Assembly: GCA_002269645.1 (NCBI GenBank)
Contig: NIVC01001542.1
Span: 1 to 64,000, forward strand
DNA: 64,000 nt
Origin: Macrostomum lignano
Taxonomy: Eukaryota
Reading direction: 5' to 3'
Of this stretch, positions 24,479-36,583 are shown piece after piece. Under the pieces are notes generated by a model, which had not been told where the DNA came from, did no database searches, and was given only the letters and a program-made list of their open reading frames with translations. The position numbers were made by a program, and so were the translations under genes. Every line of letters begins with the position of its first letter. The first letter of the stretch is position 1.

Positions 24479-24790
24479 TCTTATCTCCTCTCTTCTCACT
24501 CCTCTCTCCCTCTCTCTCCCCTCCTATCTCCTCTCTGTTCTCTATTCTCTATTCTCTTCTCACTCTTCTCTACTCTCCTCTCTCATCGATCCTCTGTCTC
24601 ATCTCTCCCCTCTTCTCTCTTCCTCTTCTCACCTCTACTCTTTCCTCTCCCTCCTGTCTCCCCTCCTCTCGCTTCCTCCTCCCATATTCTCTGCTCTCTC
24701 CTCGTCCTCACCCCACTCGTCTCTCCTGTTATCTTATATTTTTTCTCTTACCCCCCTCTCGCCCTTTCTCTCTTTCTAATAGTCTATTCC
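23320..24790. repeat. CT-rich polypyrimidine low-complexity tract with (CT)n cores
   Basis: Almost purine-free top strand; pure (CT)n at ~23625-23695 and ~24418-24475. Confidence 0.95.
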
Positions 24791-25599
24791 TTTTCTTTTT
24801 CACTCTCATCTGGCCCGCAGCCATGTGCCCATGACTCCATGAGCTGGATTCTTTATCTGGCCTTTGAGTTAAAAATCTACCGATCCCTGCTTCGAAAGCC
24901 AGTTTGTGGGATGTAGTACTATCATGGTTATCATTTCTCATGCTTTAATCACGTCACCTTTCTGGCCAATTAGCAGCCCTGAGAGGAATTTGTGTATCTC
25001 CAGCTCCACCACCACAGTCTGCACTCTGCAGCAGTCTAACAACCAAGGAAATGCGCATTTCTTAGGAGTCATTTAAATTTTAAAGTTACCCTATGCGAAA
25101 CTTTATGTTAAAAGCTTCATGGTGTAACTAATTTAGTAGGTTTGCATTGTAATAAGTTATTCATTAATTTTTCGCTATTTTTACAAACCATCCCGCATCG
25201 CCTTGATTTGCCTGTTTGCCATTCACTGTTAAACTGCTGCAGACTTGTCTATACAGAGGACAGTGGATTGAATCTCTCGCTGAAACTGTCTCTCCTCTCC
25301 ACGCCTCTCCACTCGCGGGGGTGCAGAGAAGGCTATTAAAAGTTATTCCAAAACACTGTACGTTGCCATGTACATTCAGCCCTATCGCCTGACCCTTCGT
25401 CTGGGCTGGGGCAATGAGTGAGTGAGTGGCACAAACAACAGAAAAAGCAGACAAACTTCACATGCTTACAGTTTCCGTCCTGATTGAGATACAGAGTTGA
25501 AACTTTACATTTAGATAGAGAATGAGTCAATGAAGAATTGTGTCAAGTTTAAAGTCAATCGCTTTACGTGGAGCAAACTTATGGCAGCTGAAAGTTAGT

Positions 25600-26062
25600 C
25601 AATTTTGAAACCCTTTTACACATCTGGGCCCAGATCGGTATCGGGAAAGAGAGGCAGGCGGGCGGAGGTTGGGGTGGTTGCTACGCTGAAAAAAACAGCC
25701 TAACTTTAAAAGTGCACAGCGGCTTTCAGGATTAACTTTGAGATTTGAAATTTTACACGATTGTGACAAAATAGTTGAAAATTGCCTGTGTCAAATTTGA
25801 AGAGAATCGGTAGAAGTGGAGCGGCGCTATGGAGGATTTAGTGAAAAAATTGCGCATTTTGAGCAGTTTTTTGCACTTTTAGGTAGGAAGACTTGAGTCT
25901 AGGAAATTAAAAGGTAGCCTAAGACATTCTCCGTAGTAAGTTTAGGGTGGGTGTAAAGTTTGGTGTAATTTGGTTGAGCGGTTTGGGAGTCCATAGCGAT
26001 CAAAATTGTCCACACACAGACAGACACACAGACAGAGTTTTGATTTTTATAGGTAGAGAATA
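25600..26062 (+). mobile_element. Helitron/Helentron-like non-autonomous element (DINE-1/Lep1-like 3' end)
   Basis: caaatttgaagagaatcgg and aagtttggtgtaatttggttgagcggtttgggag followed by an ACAG/ACAC microsatellite and ttttataggtagag, the layout recalled for these elements. Confidence 0.5.
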
Positions 26063-26202
26063 AAATACTTTTGTAAACCTAATTTGTAGTGTTCCGTAAA
26101 CTCAATCTCATTTCATATAAATTCATACCGTAAGCTGTAAAATAAAGTTTTGAAAAATGAAATCACCATCGTTATCTTTCTGAGCTACCGGCTTCAGAAA
26201 AA

Positions 26203-28916
26203 ATGGAGCCGAACCAAAACTATGGCCAACGATACCCCATCATGCAGCAACAACAGCTGCAGCAGCTGCGTGTTGAGACTCGACGCAAGCTGGCTAATCT
26301 GTACCGCAGCCCTGCACCTGGAAACCAGGTAGCCCAGCTGCTAAACCGTTATCCCACCGCTGATCAACTGGAGGATCACGTTTTCAGGCGTTGTCAGGCT
26401 CACCAGCAAGGTGGTGGCGTCAGCTTTGACCAGCAGTACCTGAGCATTGTGTCCAAGCTGGAGGACGCACTGACAGGTCGCCTGCCGCAGCCGCAACAGC
26501 CGCAGCAGATGATGCAGCAGCAGCAGCCGCCGCCTACTCAAGTGATGCAACAGCAATTGCAGCAGCAGCAGCAGCAGATGATGCAACAGCAGCCTCCGCC
26601 GCAACCTCAGCCTCAGGTGATTCGGCCTCAAATGCCGACAGATCCGCTGGTGTCGCTTTCAAACATGGTCGGCGGCGGCCCGGTTGGCGTCAGCAACATC
26701 GTTGTCGGTGGTGCCCGGATGGGGCAGCAGAGTGTGCCGTTGCAGCCTCGCATGGGGACCAGGCCTGTTCCGCAGCAGCAGCAGCAGCCGCCTCCCAACC
26801 AGCTTCCACCATTGAATGAGCGTCAGCAGGTTCAAGTGCAGCGCATGCGGCAGCTCCACCAGCAGCACAGCGAGACGGTCAGAGCCCGGATGGAAAATTC
26901 GCACGGCAATGCGGCCAATTTTGAGAAGCTGCGCCAGATTTGCAACATTCTCGAGACGCCAGAAAATTTTGTACGCAACCAGCGGGATCCGGATAAAATT
27001 GACAACACAATCAGGCAGTTGGAGAGCATTCTGCGGCCCAATGCGCCTCACGCTCAGGCACTGCAGCAGCAGCAGCAGCAGCAGCAGCACATGCTACAAC
27101 AACAGAGACTTCAGCAGCAGCAGCAGCAGCAAATGCAACAGCAGCAACTGCAGCACCAGCAGCTACAGCAGCAGCAACAACTCCAGCAACAGCAGCAGCA
27201 GCAACTGCAACAACAGCAATTGCAGCAGCAGCAATTGCAACAACTGCAGCAGCAACAGCAATTTCAGCAGCAGAAATTGCAACAGCAGCAGATGATGTCG
27301 CAGATGCAGCAACAACAACAGCAGCAGCAGCAATCGCCAATGCCCATGTCCAGTGCAGCTCCTGACAGCGTCGCTGCTTCGTCGCATGACATTCCTCCGG
27401 CGCCTCGTCGACTTGGTGAAACACTTCTTAAAGTACGTTAAAGTACGCCAACCAATCACCTCTTAGTTGACTCTATAAATTCGCTGTCAAGGTTCACCTT
27501 TAATACAAAAGAGTTCGGCCTCCAATACCTTTTTTTAGAGCAAAACATCATCAACTTGGTGTTTTTAAAGCCGTTCCCTATCTGTCCGTTGCCCAACGAT
27601 TCAAAATCACTAACAAGTTTTCTCCAGCCAACGATTGAAAGAAGCAACCAGAATCCATGGAACATTCTGTCACGATAGATTGCATCCGCCGTCAGTTGCG
27701 TCCCCACCGGAGTGGAGAGGGGGGCATGTCCCCCGGCCCCAGTAAAAGCTGTGGGGGGGGGACATGCCAGTGCTTTGTCCCACCCGCCTCACCTTGTAAC
27801 CCGCTACGGAAATCAATCATTTCTCCTTTGGGTGCCAAAATGTAGCGCCTTTGGCGCCAAAAAGAGTGCCTGCGGCGCCAAAATGGGTGTCTGCATGCGG
27901 TGCCAAAATAAGTGCCTGTCTGCGGCGCCAAAATGAGTGCCTGTCTGCAGCGCCAAAATGAGTGCCCGTCTGCGGCGCCGAAATGATTGCTAGAAACACC
28001 GATTCCTAAAAATGTAGGAACTCAGTCATGTAGAATTCTTGGCTTTGTCCCCCTCCCTACTAAGAAGTCCATTGGCGGCGCCCCTGTCTGCCGTCACAAG
28101 TAAAGATTTTTACCAACAAAATCATCTCTTCCACTCCTCCAGGAAATCGAATCTGTTCTCAAAAGTCCCGTCTGCGATTCCGTCTGGTCTCGCTTCGCCT
28201 CTGAGGTCCGTTCGGCGAATCAGGGCATTGTCCCGCCTCGTGACACTCTGTTCATCCCCGTCTCCGTTGACTCGGCAGCTGTTGGCGCCTCCGACGCGCC
28301 GCCGGTGACTCCCGCGCCGGCTCCGGATCAGCCGTTGCGCTCCGAGCTCGCCGACCTGCCGCCCTACTGGCGCGTCCGAGTCCTGACCAGCTCGGCCGGC
28401 CCTGTCGATCCGGACAGCAGCAAAGACGACGCCGCCGACAATCAGGAAGACGAGTCGGTGGATGCTGCCGACGCTTCTAAAGTTGAGGGCAGCGACGCGG
28501 TAACCTCTAGACGGGTTCGTCTGCGCGCCGTCTACACGAACCGGCACTTGATGCCCGACGGCGCCGCGCCGGAGCTGCTGATCACCCTGGCGCCCGGCTA
28601 CCCGACTGTCCGGTCCGCCACCGCGCGACTTCTGCCGCCGCGCCTATCGGCAGCTGATAGCGCCGACAATGGCAGCGACAAGAGCAGCAACTGCAGTCGG
28701 AGCGCCGAGCTGACCGCGGACGCCGCCGAACTGCGCCGGCTGATCCAGACCGAGTGGCGGTCGGCCTACGTGGAGTACAAGCGGGTCTATCGGGACAGGA
28801 ACAGCCTCACGGGAGTGCTGGACGCCTACCACAAAGCCCTGCTAGTGGCCTACGATAGCTGGGCCCCCGGCAGTGAGTTCAGCCTGGCTCAGGTGCGAGC
28901 CTTTATGCGGCGCTGA
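26203..28916 (+). CDS. MED15: Mediator subunit 15 (MED15/ARC105) orthologue, ~667 aa; exons 26203-27432, 28143-28916
   Basis: N-terminal KIX-like LEDHVF...QQYLSIVSKL (human MESHVF...DEYLSLVARL), polyQ tracts, middle domain FEKLRQICNILETP (LSKMKSLLDILTDP). The phase-0 splice gives TLLK|EIESVLKSPVCDSVWSRF (PLLDAVLANIRSPVFNHSLYRTF). C-terminal LRSELADLPPYWRVRV...PELLITLAPGYP...SLTGVLDAY matches LQGEVARLDPKFLVNL...PPLELSVPADYP...SVTALLNTW. Confidence 0.85.
27693..28086. mobile_element. hAT-type MITE in the MED15 intron
   Basis: Imperfect TIR cagttgcgtcccca / tggcggcgcccctg; 8-bp TSD tccgccgt vs tctgccgt; internal ~24-bp repeats gcggcgccaaaatgagtgcctgtct. Confidence 0.7.
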
Positions 28917-29269
28917 TAGGTGTTGTACTCTCAGTACAGTAGGGGGACAACTTGCTGACTTGATTTGCTGCTGTAAGTCACAATTCTTAATTAGCATGCT
29001 TATTACAGTTGTTTATATTTATGCAGTATTGATAAAGCTCAATTGTGCTAATTATATCAAGCTTACAAGCTTACTATGTGCTTCGAGCTCTGTTGTAAGA
29101 AAATTCGAAATTGCTAAGCAAATTTATTTGTGTCTCTTTCATTCGTTTGTTTCTTTGGGGGGCTACTACAGATCATAGCTCGTACCTACTAATTTTTATA
29201 AAGTGAATTCCAATAATTCCAGTGACGTAACCAAAGGGGGTGTGTGAGCTGGGGCAAAAATCCCAATGG

Positions 29270-29550
29270 AGCCCCCAACGGCGAGAGGCATTACTGCATA
29301 TTCCTCCGACTCCCCTGAGCAGGCACACAAGCGCGCAAGGATACGTACGCAGGCACACACTCACACAGGAGTGTACAGCGGCCCTAACTTCATTTATCGT
29401 TAGCCATGTACACTTCACTCAAGGGCGTTAATTGCACGAGCAGAGCCAAGCTGAGATTCCAATTTAGCCCCAAATCAATGTGACTGCACTTGGAATCGAG
29501 CCTGGGCCCCTGGCACATCTTGCTAGCAACCAATACGATAGTCCCGTAAT
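29270..29550 (-). mobile_element. Interspersed repeat family 2 copy (probable SINE)
   Basis: Homologous to 10146-10530. Confidence 0.6.
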
Positions 29551-30242
29551 GCAGCCCCACAATAAAATCCTGGATACATCCCTGAATAGTAATTGTTTTA
29601 ACATTTATCCTTTGTTTTCTCTCTTAGCTTATATTACTTAAAGTACTTCCTAAGCTGTTCTGTCTACTTAGATCGGCCTTGGTTTAGGTCAACTTAGATA
29701 TTTGTTTTTTAATAATTAAAACATTAATTATGACGCCGCCATCTGTTGAGAGAACCTGCTACTGGAAGGTTAAAGAAACAATGGAACTAAATATCGCACT
29801 GTTTACTCGGAATTAGACGAAGTGCAGACGCTAAAAACCAAGGATTTTTGTTTTCTATTACGGCTCGTACTTAAAAATCACTTGAAGTAAAGATTAATAA
29901 TCATAACGTCAGCTAGTTTAATGAGAAAAATACGAGTATAGGATAGAATCAGCACGCTTATTGCAGGTATATGCTATAAGTTTTAGTGGATACCAAATAG
30001 AGAAAAACTGAATAATTGAGACACACGCAGAAGTTTACTGTTGCTAGTTGGCTTAAAGTTAACTTGAGTAAGCTTGGAAAAGAGGGAAAAAACAAGTGGT
30101 CAAAAAAGTATTCGTGTGGTCAAAAAAGTACTCAGATTAACTTATTTGTTTTTGTGCGAAAAAATGTAGAAAAGGCAAAGTGCACAAAAACTGCAAATTC
30201 CAACGCAGCAATTTTATGGCTATAAAAAGATTTGCATAAATA

Positions 30243-30530
30243 TACTCAGCAACATCGAAAGTCACCATCACAAAAGATTCCGTCTGTGGTCGCCACTTTT
30301 GAGAGTGCAGGTAAAGTCTCTCTCAATCTTTGCGAGTGACGCAACTCAGCTACGCCGCGCAGCCGCGGCAGACTTGAGTTGAGCTATGAAGTGGGGGGAG
30401 CGGTGTGCGAGGCTTGGACGGATTAAAGCCACCCCGATCAGTTTTCTCGTATCTCTTATTTCAGAATAGTCCAAGACAAATTGCTCTCTGGCGCATAGAG
30501 TGGCGACTTTACAATGTTGCTGAGTATATT
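30243..30530. mobile_element. TA-flanked MITE with TIR (TAT)ACTCAGCAACAT
   Basis: atatactcagcaacat at the left end and atgttgctgagtatat at the right end; related fragments at 19070 and ~61945. Confidence 0.8.
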
Positions 30531-30939
30531 GTTTCTTTAAAATTTATTACAAAGCGAAGTTCAACTCGCTTTGATCATCACGACATGTAACATGTAGATA
30601 ACTTGTCTAGAGCTTTTACAGTTGCTATAATTTCCTTGGGAATCCAAAAGTCACACTTAGCTCTTCTGCAGGCCAGGTCAAGATCAACCCCATGATTTTT
30701 ATTTTTTATATTGTGCATCTTCGTAATTCACAAGCTTTTGCACCAGGTACTACTTTAAAAGTAAATAGTAGTCCTTACTTCACACGTTTAAATTATAATC
30801 GCTACTGATAACTGTACTGCGTTCAACTTCGCGTCAGTTTAAGTCAACGTTTGAACCAACAATGTCTTTCCCTGTGTCTTTCCAACAGTACATACAGTAA
30901 TTCACAGAATAGTAAGCAATAAGCAGTAATCCGGGCGCT

Positions 30940-33900
30940 TCACTGCTGCTGGCAAGATGGTCCGGTTTCCTCATCCTCTTCCCCCTGCGGCGACCGGGCT
31001 CTGCTACCCATTCGCTCATCGTCCGTGCCCCGGGCGTCGGATTCTTCCTCGCCAGCTTCCGCTACCGAACGCAGGTAGTTCGATGGGTTCAACATCGAAC
31101 TGCTGAGCTCCATGAGCGCTCTGGCTTCGGCCGGGCTGCAATTTTACAGTTCATTTGTTATTAGCTTGCAACTCGTACGCATTTGTCAATGAGGCTTTTC
31201 ATGTGCGTGCAACAAAATGAAAGCCAGCTTACATCTCCGGCACTTCCGTAAGGCTGCTTCCCACGCGTTCATCAGCGTTCGCCTGTATAGCTTCCTGCTG
31301 GCACTGGCGCGGTATGGAATGTTCGCACAGCTCCATGTCAATGTCGACGCCTACTTCGTTGGGCCTGGAATAATAGTTGAAATTAAGGTTTCCACGTTTT
31401 ATGTGCGACAAAATGCTAGTTCTTCACATGTCTACCTGTAGGTGATAAAAATCATTGTCAAAATACCTCTCTCCTGTGGCAGCCGGCAGCTGAACTCCCA
31501 GCAGTCTCTCGACCTCCTGACGCACCTCAGCGCTCGCCCAGACGGCCAGCTCTCCCAGCCGGTCTCTACTGCTGCCTTCGCCGATTTCCGCCTTCTCAGC
31601 CAGCAGCTGGACGCAGTCCAGGTTGTCGCGGTGCACCGCGATCATCAGAGGAGTCGCACCGCTTCTGTCCTCAGCATCGAATCGAGCTCCGTGTTGCGAG
31701 AGGGCATCGAGGATGTCAGATCGACCAGCGATGGCTGCCAGGTGAGCTGCGGTTGATCCTTGCTGGTTGGGCTTGCTTGGGTCGCACTGACCGCTGATCA
31801 GCAAGAAGTCCGCGATGTCTTTGAAGCCCTGACGGCAGGCGTACATCAGTCCCGTGTTGCCCTGGTCATCTGGTTCGTCCAAGGGGATTTCTCTATCGGC
31901 AGCGAATTTGACAATTTCCAACTGGCCTTTCTTTTCCGAACCGATGCAAGCCAAGTGGACAATGCTCCTCTGCTTTTTGTTCTTATGGTTCAAGTCGCAA
32001 CTGAACTCAACTAGCAGTTTCATGGCGTCAATGTTGCCATTGATTGCGCAGTCAGACAGTGGTGTGTCGCCATCGCTATCAGCGATATCTAGCAGTGCGC
32101 CTTTCTCTTTGAGCATCGACATGATGTGACGAAGATCTTTTGCGGCAGCTGCTTGCATGGGTGTGTTGCCGTGCTTGTTGACTGTATTGACGAAGTCGCC
32201 TCTGCCCAAATATCGCTTAACCAAGTGAAAGCTTCCTGACGACACGGCAACTCTTAAAGGAACGTCTCCGGTTTCAGGATCAACAGCGTCCATGTTGGCA
32301 CCTCGCTTTTCCACCCAGTCCACCATATGCTGGTTTCCTAGCGCCAGTGCCTGGTGCACGATGCACTCGGGGAGACTGCTTGTCTGAGAAGCATTCGGGA
32401 GTCTGGAAGACTGCTTACACTTGTACAAAAAGTTTGCAATTTTTTCATGTCCATTCAGCACTGCACATTGAATTGGGATGAATCCGGATACATTGCTTTC
32501 TAAAAACATCGCCAACACTGCTTCTGACTCTGGGTCCCAGATGTGCTGCAGGACGTGCAGGTTGCCATGAATGGCTGCAAAGTGAGCACAGTTCATGCCG
32601 TCTTTACTTTTGGTAGCTTCAGAGAACCCCTTCTGCTCAAGAAACTTGAACACCTCCAGGTTTCCCTTGATCGCTGCCAGGTGTAGAGGTGAGCGGGTCT
32701 CTGGTTCGGCAGTTTCTGGTTGACAGGAGCTTGGACAGTTGTCGCAGACCCACTTCACCAGCGCCAGCTTGTTTTCGATTGTAGCGACGTGCAAAACGGA
32801 ATGTTGCTTGTTGTTTCTGAGGTCCGTGCGGCATTGGAGTTGGAGCAGCACTCTCGCCATGTCCAGCCTGCCTCTCATGATGGCCAAATGAAGCGCTGTG
32901 TCTCCGTAGTTGTCTTTATGATCAATTATGTCTTTACATATAAACAAATATTTCGGAGCCCGCAAAGCTTCTAGCACTCTTATATCTCCCAATAGAATAG
33001 CATGCTGCAACAGAGTCTTTCCATTCTCCACTTTCTTGCCATCGAAGCCGTGGCTTAACAAGAAATCCAGATGATTCAAGTCTCTTCTCTTGAAAACCGT
33101 GCTTAACGACAGATGTCGGATCACAGCTTGGGCATCAAAGCTTGCATTTTGGCTTTTTAGCAAATTAACTACTTTATCGTCGTTCAGGCTGAGGGCGAGT
33201 GAGTATGGACTCAGCCCATTCTTGTTGACGATATTGACGTCAGCGCCTTCGTCAATCAACAGCTGAACGGCTTTAGCCTTTCCTTTTCTAACGGCAGAAA
33301 ATATTGGCGTTTCCCCGTCGCAGTCCTTTCTATTGATTGTCTCGGCAGCTCGAGCCAGGATTATTTTCATTACTTGCTTGCTTCCATCGAGGCATGCTAA
33401 ATGAAGGGCCGTTTTACCTGAGTTGTTTACCTCGTTGGCATCTGCTCCCGCCTCTAGCAAGTTATTCAGTTGCTCAATTAAAGCTTTCTTGCCAACGCAA
33501 TCTGTCAGCTGCAAGCCCTTCTTAACTAGGGCGTCTGGAAGAGCTCGTGTCTTTTCGATCATCTTCAATAACCCCGGCTTCATTGACTCAGGCCCTTGGT
33601 CCACTTGCTGCTTTAAAGTCTCAATCTGCTCTTCAGTCTGCGCTTTGAGATCTTGCATCTTGTCAAGGGCGCTTGAGCAGGATTTTCGACACAAAATATG
33701 CAGCACAGTGTCACCATCTTTATTCTAAGCCGCTATTTTAATTCCCTTGCCTAGAAGTATGGGAATAAGATTTAAGTGGGATTTCTTAGCTGCAATGTGC
33801 AAGGCGTTATCTCCACTAAGGGTTTTGTAGTTAATATTCAAATTCTTCTGAAGCAGATATTTCAGAACTTTCTTGTGCCCATTCGAGCACGCGATGGTAA

Positions 33901-36583
33901 GGCAGGTTTCTCCATCCGCGGAGCGACTGCTGATAGACACCTGATCGTGGACCAATTCCGTTAGCAGCTGCAGGTTCCCCTCCTTGCACGCGAAGTGGGC
34001 GGCATTTCTGGAATCGCTGTCGAAATTGTCGTTAAGCATTCCTCCATTTTTCTTTAAAGTTGACAAAATCGACGTCTGATTTTGCTTAACGCTCAATAAA
34101 ACCGGAGAGTTTCCGAAATCGTCCAAGGCATTTGGATCGAGTCCTTTCTCGATTAAGTATTGAATAACAGCTTCGTTTTTTCCGTTGACGGCAAAGTGAA
34201 GCGCTGTTCTCATTTTGGCGTCTAACCTGTGCAGATCACATTTCTGGTCACCAAGATACTTTAAAACTTCCGTTTTCTGTCGTTCTGCAGCCAGCATAAT
34301 TGGAGTGACTCCATCAAGGTCGCTCACATCCAGATTTGCTCCTTTCTCTTTGATTAGCTTCAGGACCTGCAGTGACCCAGACTTGCATGCGTAGTGAGCC
34401 GGGGTTTTTCCTTTGTGTGTTACAGTGTTCACGTCTGCTTCCTTGCGAATCAGAAACTCAACAATGTCTGGCTTGTTTTGGGCGCAAGCAAAAATCAAAG
34501 GCGTTTTTCCTTCCTTGTCTTCTTGATCCAAATGGCAACCAAAAAGGGAACAACATTGAATAAGCTTTAAATCTCCTTTCTTAGCTGCGATGTGGACAGA
34601 GCTTCTTCCTTTCATATTTCGTCGATTGACGTCAGCTCCAACAGCTTTTAGGATTGTGATGAGCGCTTCATTGTCCTGCTCAGCGCCTATCATGAACGGA
34701 GTCATTCCCGTGCGATCTTGCGAATCGAACGGGCATCCGAAATCGAGCAGCAGCATCAGAGCATCATTCTTCTGCTGCGTGCAAGCGTAGTGCACGGCGC
34801 TTCGTAAAAAATCGTTCGTCGCTTGCAAATCGCAGCCATTCTTGATGAGATAAAGTAGCATCTCGTAAGCTTTTTTGTGCTTCAGACTCTCTAGAAGAGG
34901 CGTGTTTCCTTCATGATCGGTGGCACCCAGATCTGCACCTTTTTCATGCAAAAGTTTTACTAAATCAATTTTGCCTGAAGCGACCGCAATGTGCATGGCT
35001 GTGCCGCCGTTTAGGTTTCTGTGGTTTATGTTACACAGCTTCGGAGTGCTAGTGAGCTGCTTGATTGCCTCCAGTGACCCGGCTTTCACTGCCGCCATGA
35101 GAGGGGTAAAGCCCCTGGCGTCTGGCTCGTCAAGGCAGACCTTCTTTTGCTGCAGATATCTTAGAAGGGGAACGTTGTCCTTTTCCACCGCATAAGCGGC
35201 AACCGTTTTGCCGCTGAAGTCTTTCACGTCTAGCTTGCAGCCACTTTCAGCCAGGTAGCGAACCATGGAGAGGGACTTGTTTCTGGCTGCGCACAGCATG
35301 GCGCTGTCTCCGGTTCGCTTGTTGGGGAGGTCCAATCGGGCGCCCTTCTCCGCAAGCAACATCAAGATCTCCTCCTGATTGTTGTGAGCCGCTCTCAGAG
35401 CGGGAGTCACTCCTCGGTGATTTTCTGCGTTTGGATTGCAGCCGTGCGCCAGCAGAAGTTCAACTGCTTCGAATGGTCCATTTTGGCTAGCTGCCAGCAG
35501 CGGCGTTTCGCCTGATTCTTTGTCTAATTCGTCGATTGGGTACTTGTTTTCGGCCAGGTACCTCAAAACATCCGTCTTTCGTTTGCTGGCTGCAATTAGG
35601 GCTAGCGACCCTAGCTTCTTGTGCGGCTCGGGAGAGCATCCCTTCTCCACTAGGTACTTGAACATCTCAAAACTGCCTTGAACAATGGCTAGCTGAACTG
35701 GAGTTACTTCCTTCTCATCTGGTTTCATCATTGGTGCACCGTTCTCCAGTAGCAGCTTAAGAATTTCGAAATGATTTGCCACAATCGCCATCCTGACAGC
35801 ATCATCACTGTCGGCAAGCTTGCACCCATTTTTCAGCATGTAATCCACCGCGTCAATGAATCCGTTTTGCACTGCACAGAGCAGTGGGCTGCGTCCGTCA
35901 CTTGTTTTCTCATGAAATTCCACCTTGAAATACTCCAGCATTTCTGTGTGACCGCACAGAGCCGCTTGGGATGCGATCAGCTGCTTATTTCGGTATGAAA
36001 CATCGCACTTTCTGTCCGCCAAAAACCGCACAACGCCCAACCAGTTCTTGGAGACGGCCCTCATGTAGGTCGCAACCAGGGGTTCCTCCTGCAGGTCATG
36101 CACGCATGAGTGCCTTTGTTCAAGTTTTTCAGCTATCCCGATATGTCCGTTAAACAGAGCATAAAAGATCGCAGATCTTTTTTTGTTGTTTTTCATTGTA
36201 ATGTTCACGCCTTTCTCAAGCAGCATGTCAACTATGCGCTCGCATCCTTTCTGGCAGGCGCACATCAAAGGGGTGATTCCCTCATGATCGGTTCGATCTG
36301 GACTTGCGCCTCTGTTTAACAGAGCCCCGAATATGTCCTGGTGGTCATTCAGAGCGGCCATGTGTAAACCAGACCTACCGTGCTTGTCTGTTGCGTCTGG
36401 GCTCACATCTTTTAGCAGAAAGCCCTGGACAGCCTTGTTGTCTCCTTGTTGAATGGCACCGAAAAATAGTTTGGTTTCGATCGGAGTCGAATCCTTTTTC
36501 TGCGATTTTGGTGCAAACGGCATGGAGATGTCTGGATTTTCTTTCATAAACTCTTGTAGAGCTTTTTCGAAAGCTTCTTCCAT
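30940..36583 (-). CDS. Giant ankyrin-repeat protein copy 1 (~1814 codons) with in-frame TAG at 33725-33727; exons 36583-31467, 31364-31233, 31135-30940; possible pseudogene
   Basis: ORFs 33725-36583 and 31424-33706 are in the same frame and together colinear with 46281-51446; dozens of G.TPLH.A-type repeats; both introns GT-AG and phase 2. Confidence 0.85.

Noticed and set aside
23213-24916. Leu/Ser-rich ORFs resembling membrane proteins
   Set aside because: Produced by the stop-free CT-rich tract in all three frames.
26341-27459. Antisense poly-Leu/poly-Ala ORFs
   Set aside because: Shadows of the CAG-rich polyQ exon of MED15.
28305-28916. Independent RWD/UBC-like gene starting at GTG 28305
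   Set aside because: The frame extends to a phase-0 acceptor at 28142 and splices to 27432, restoring a MED15-like junction; it is MED15 exon 2.
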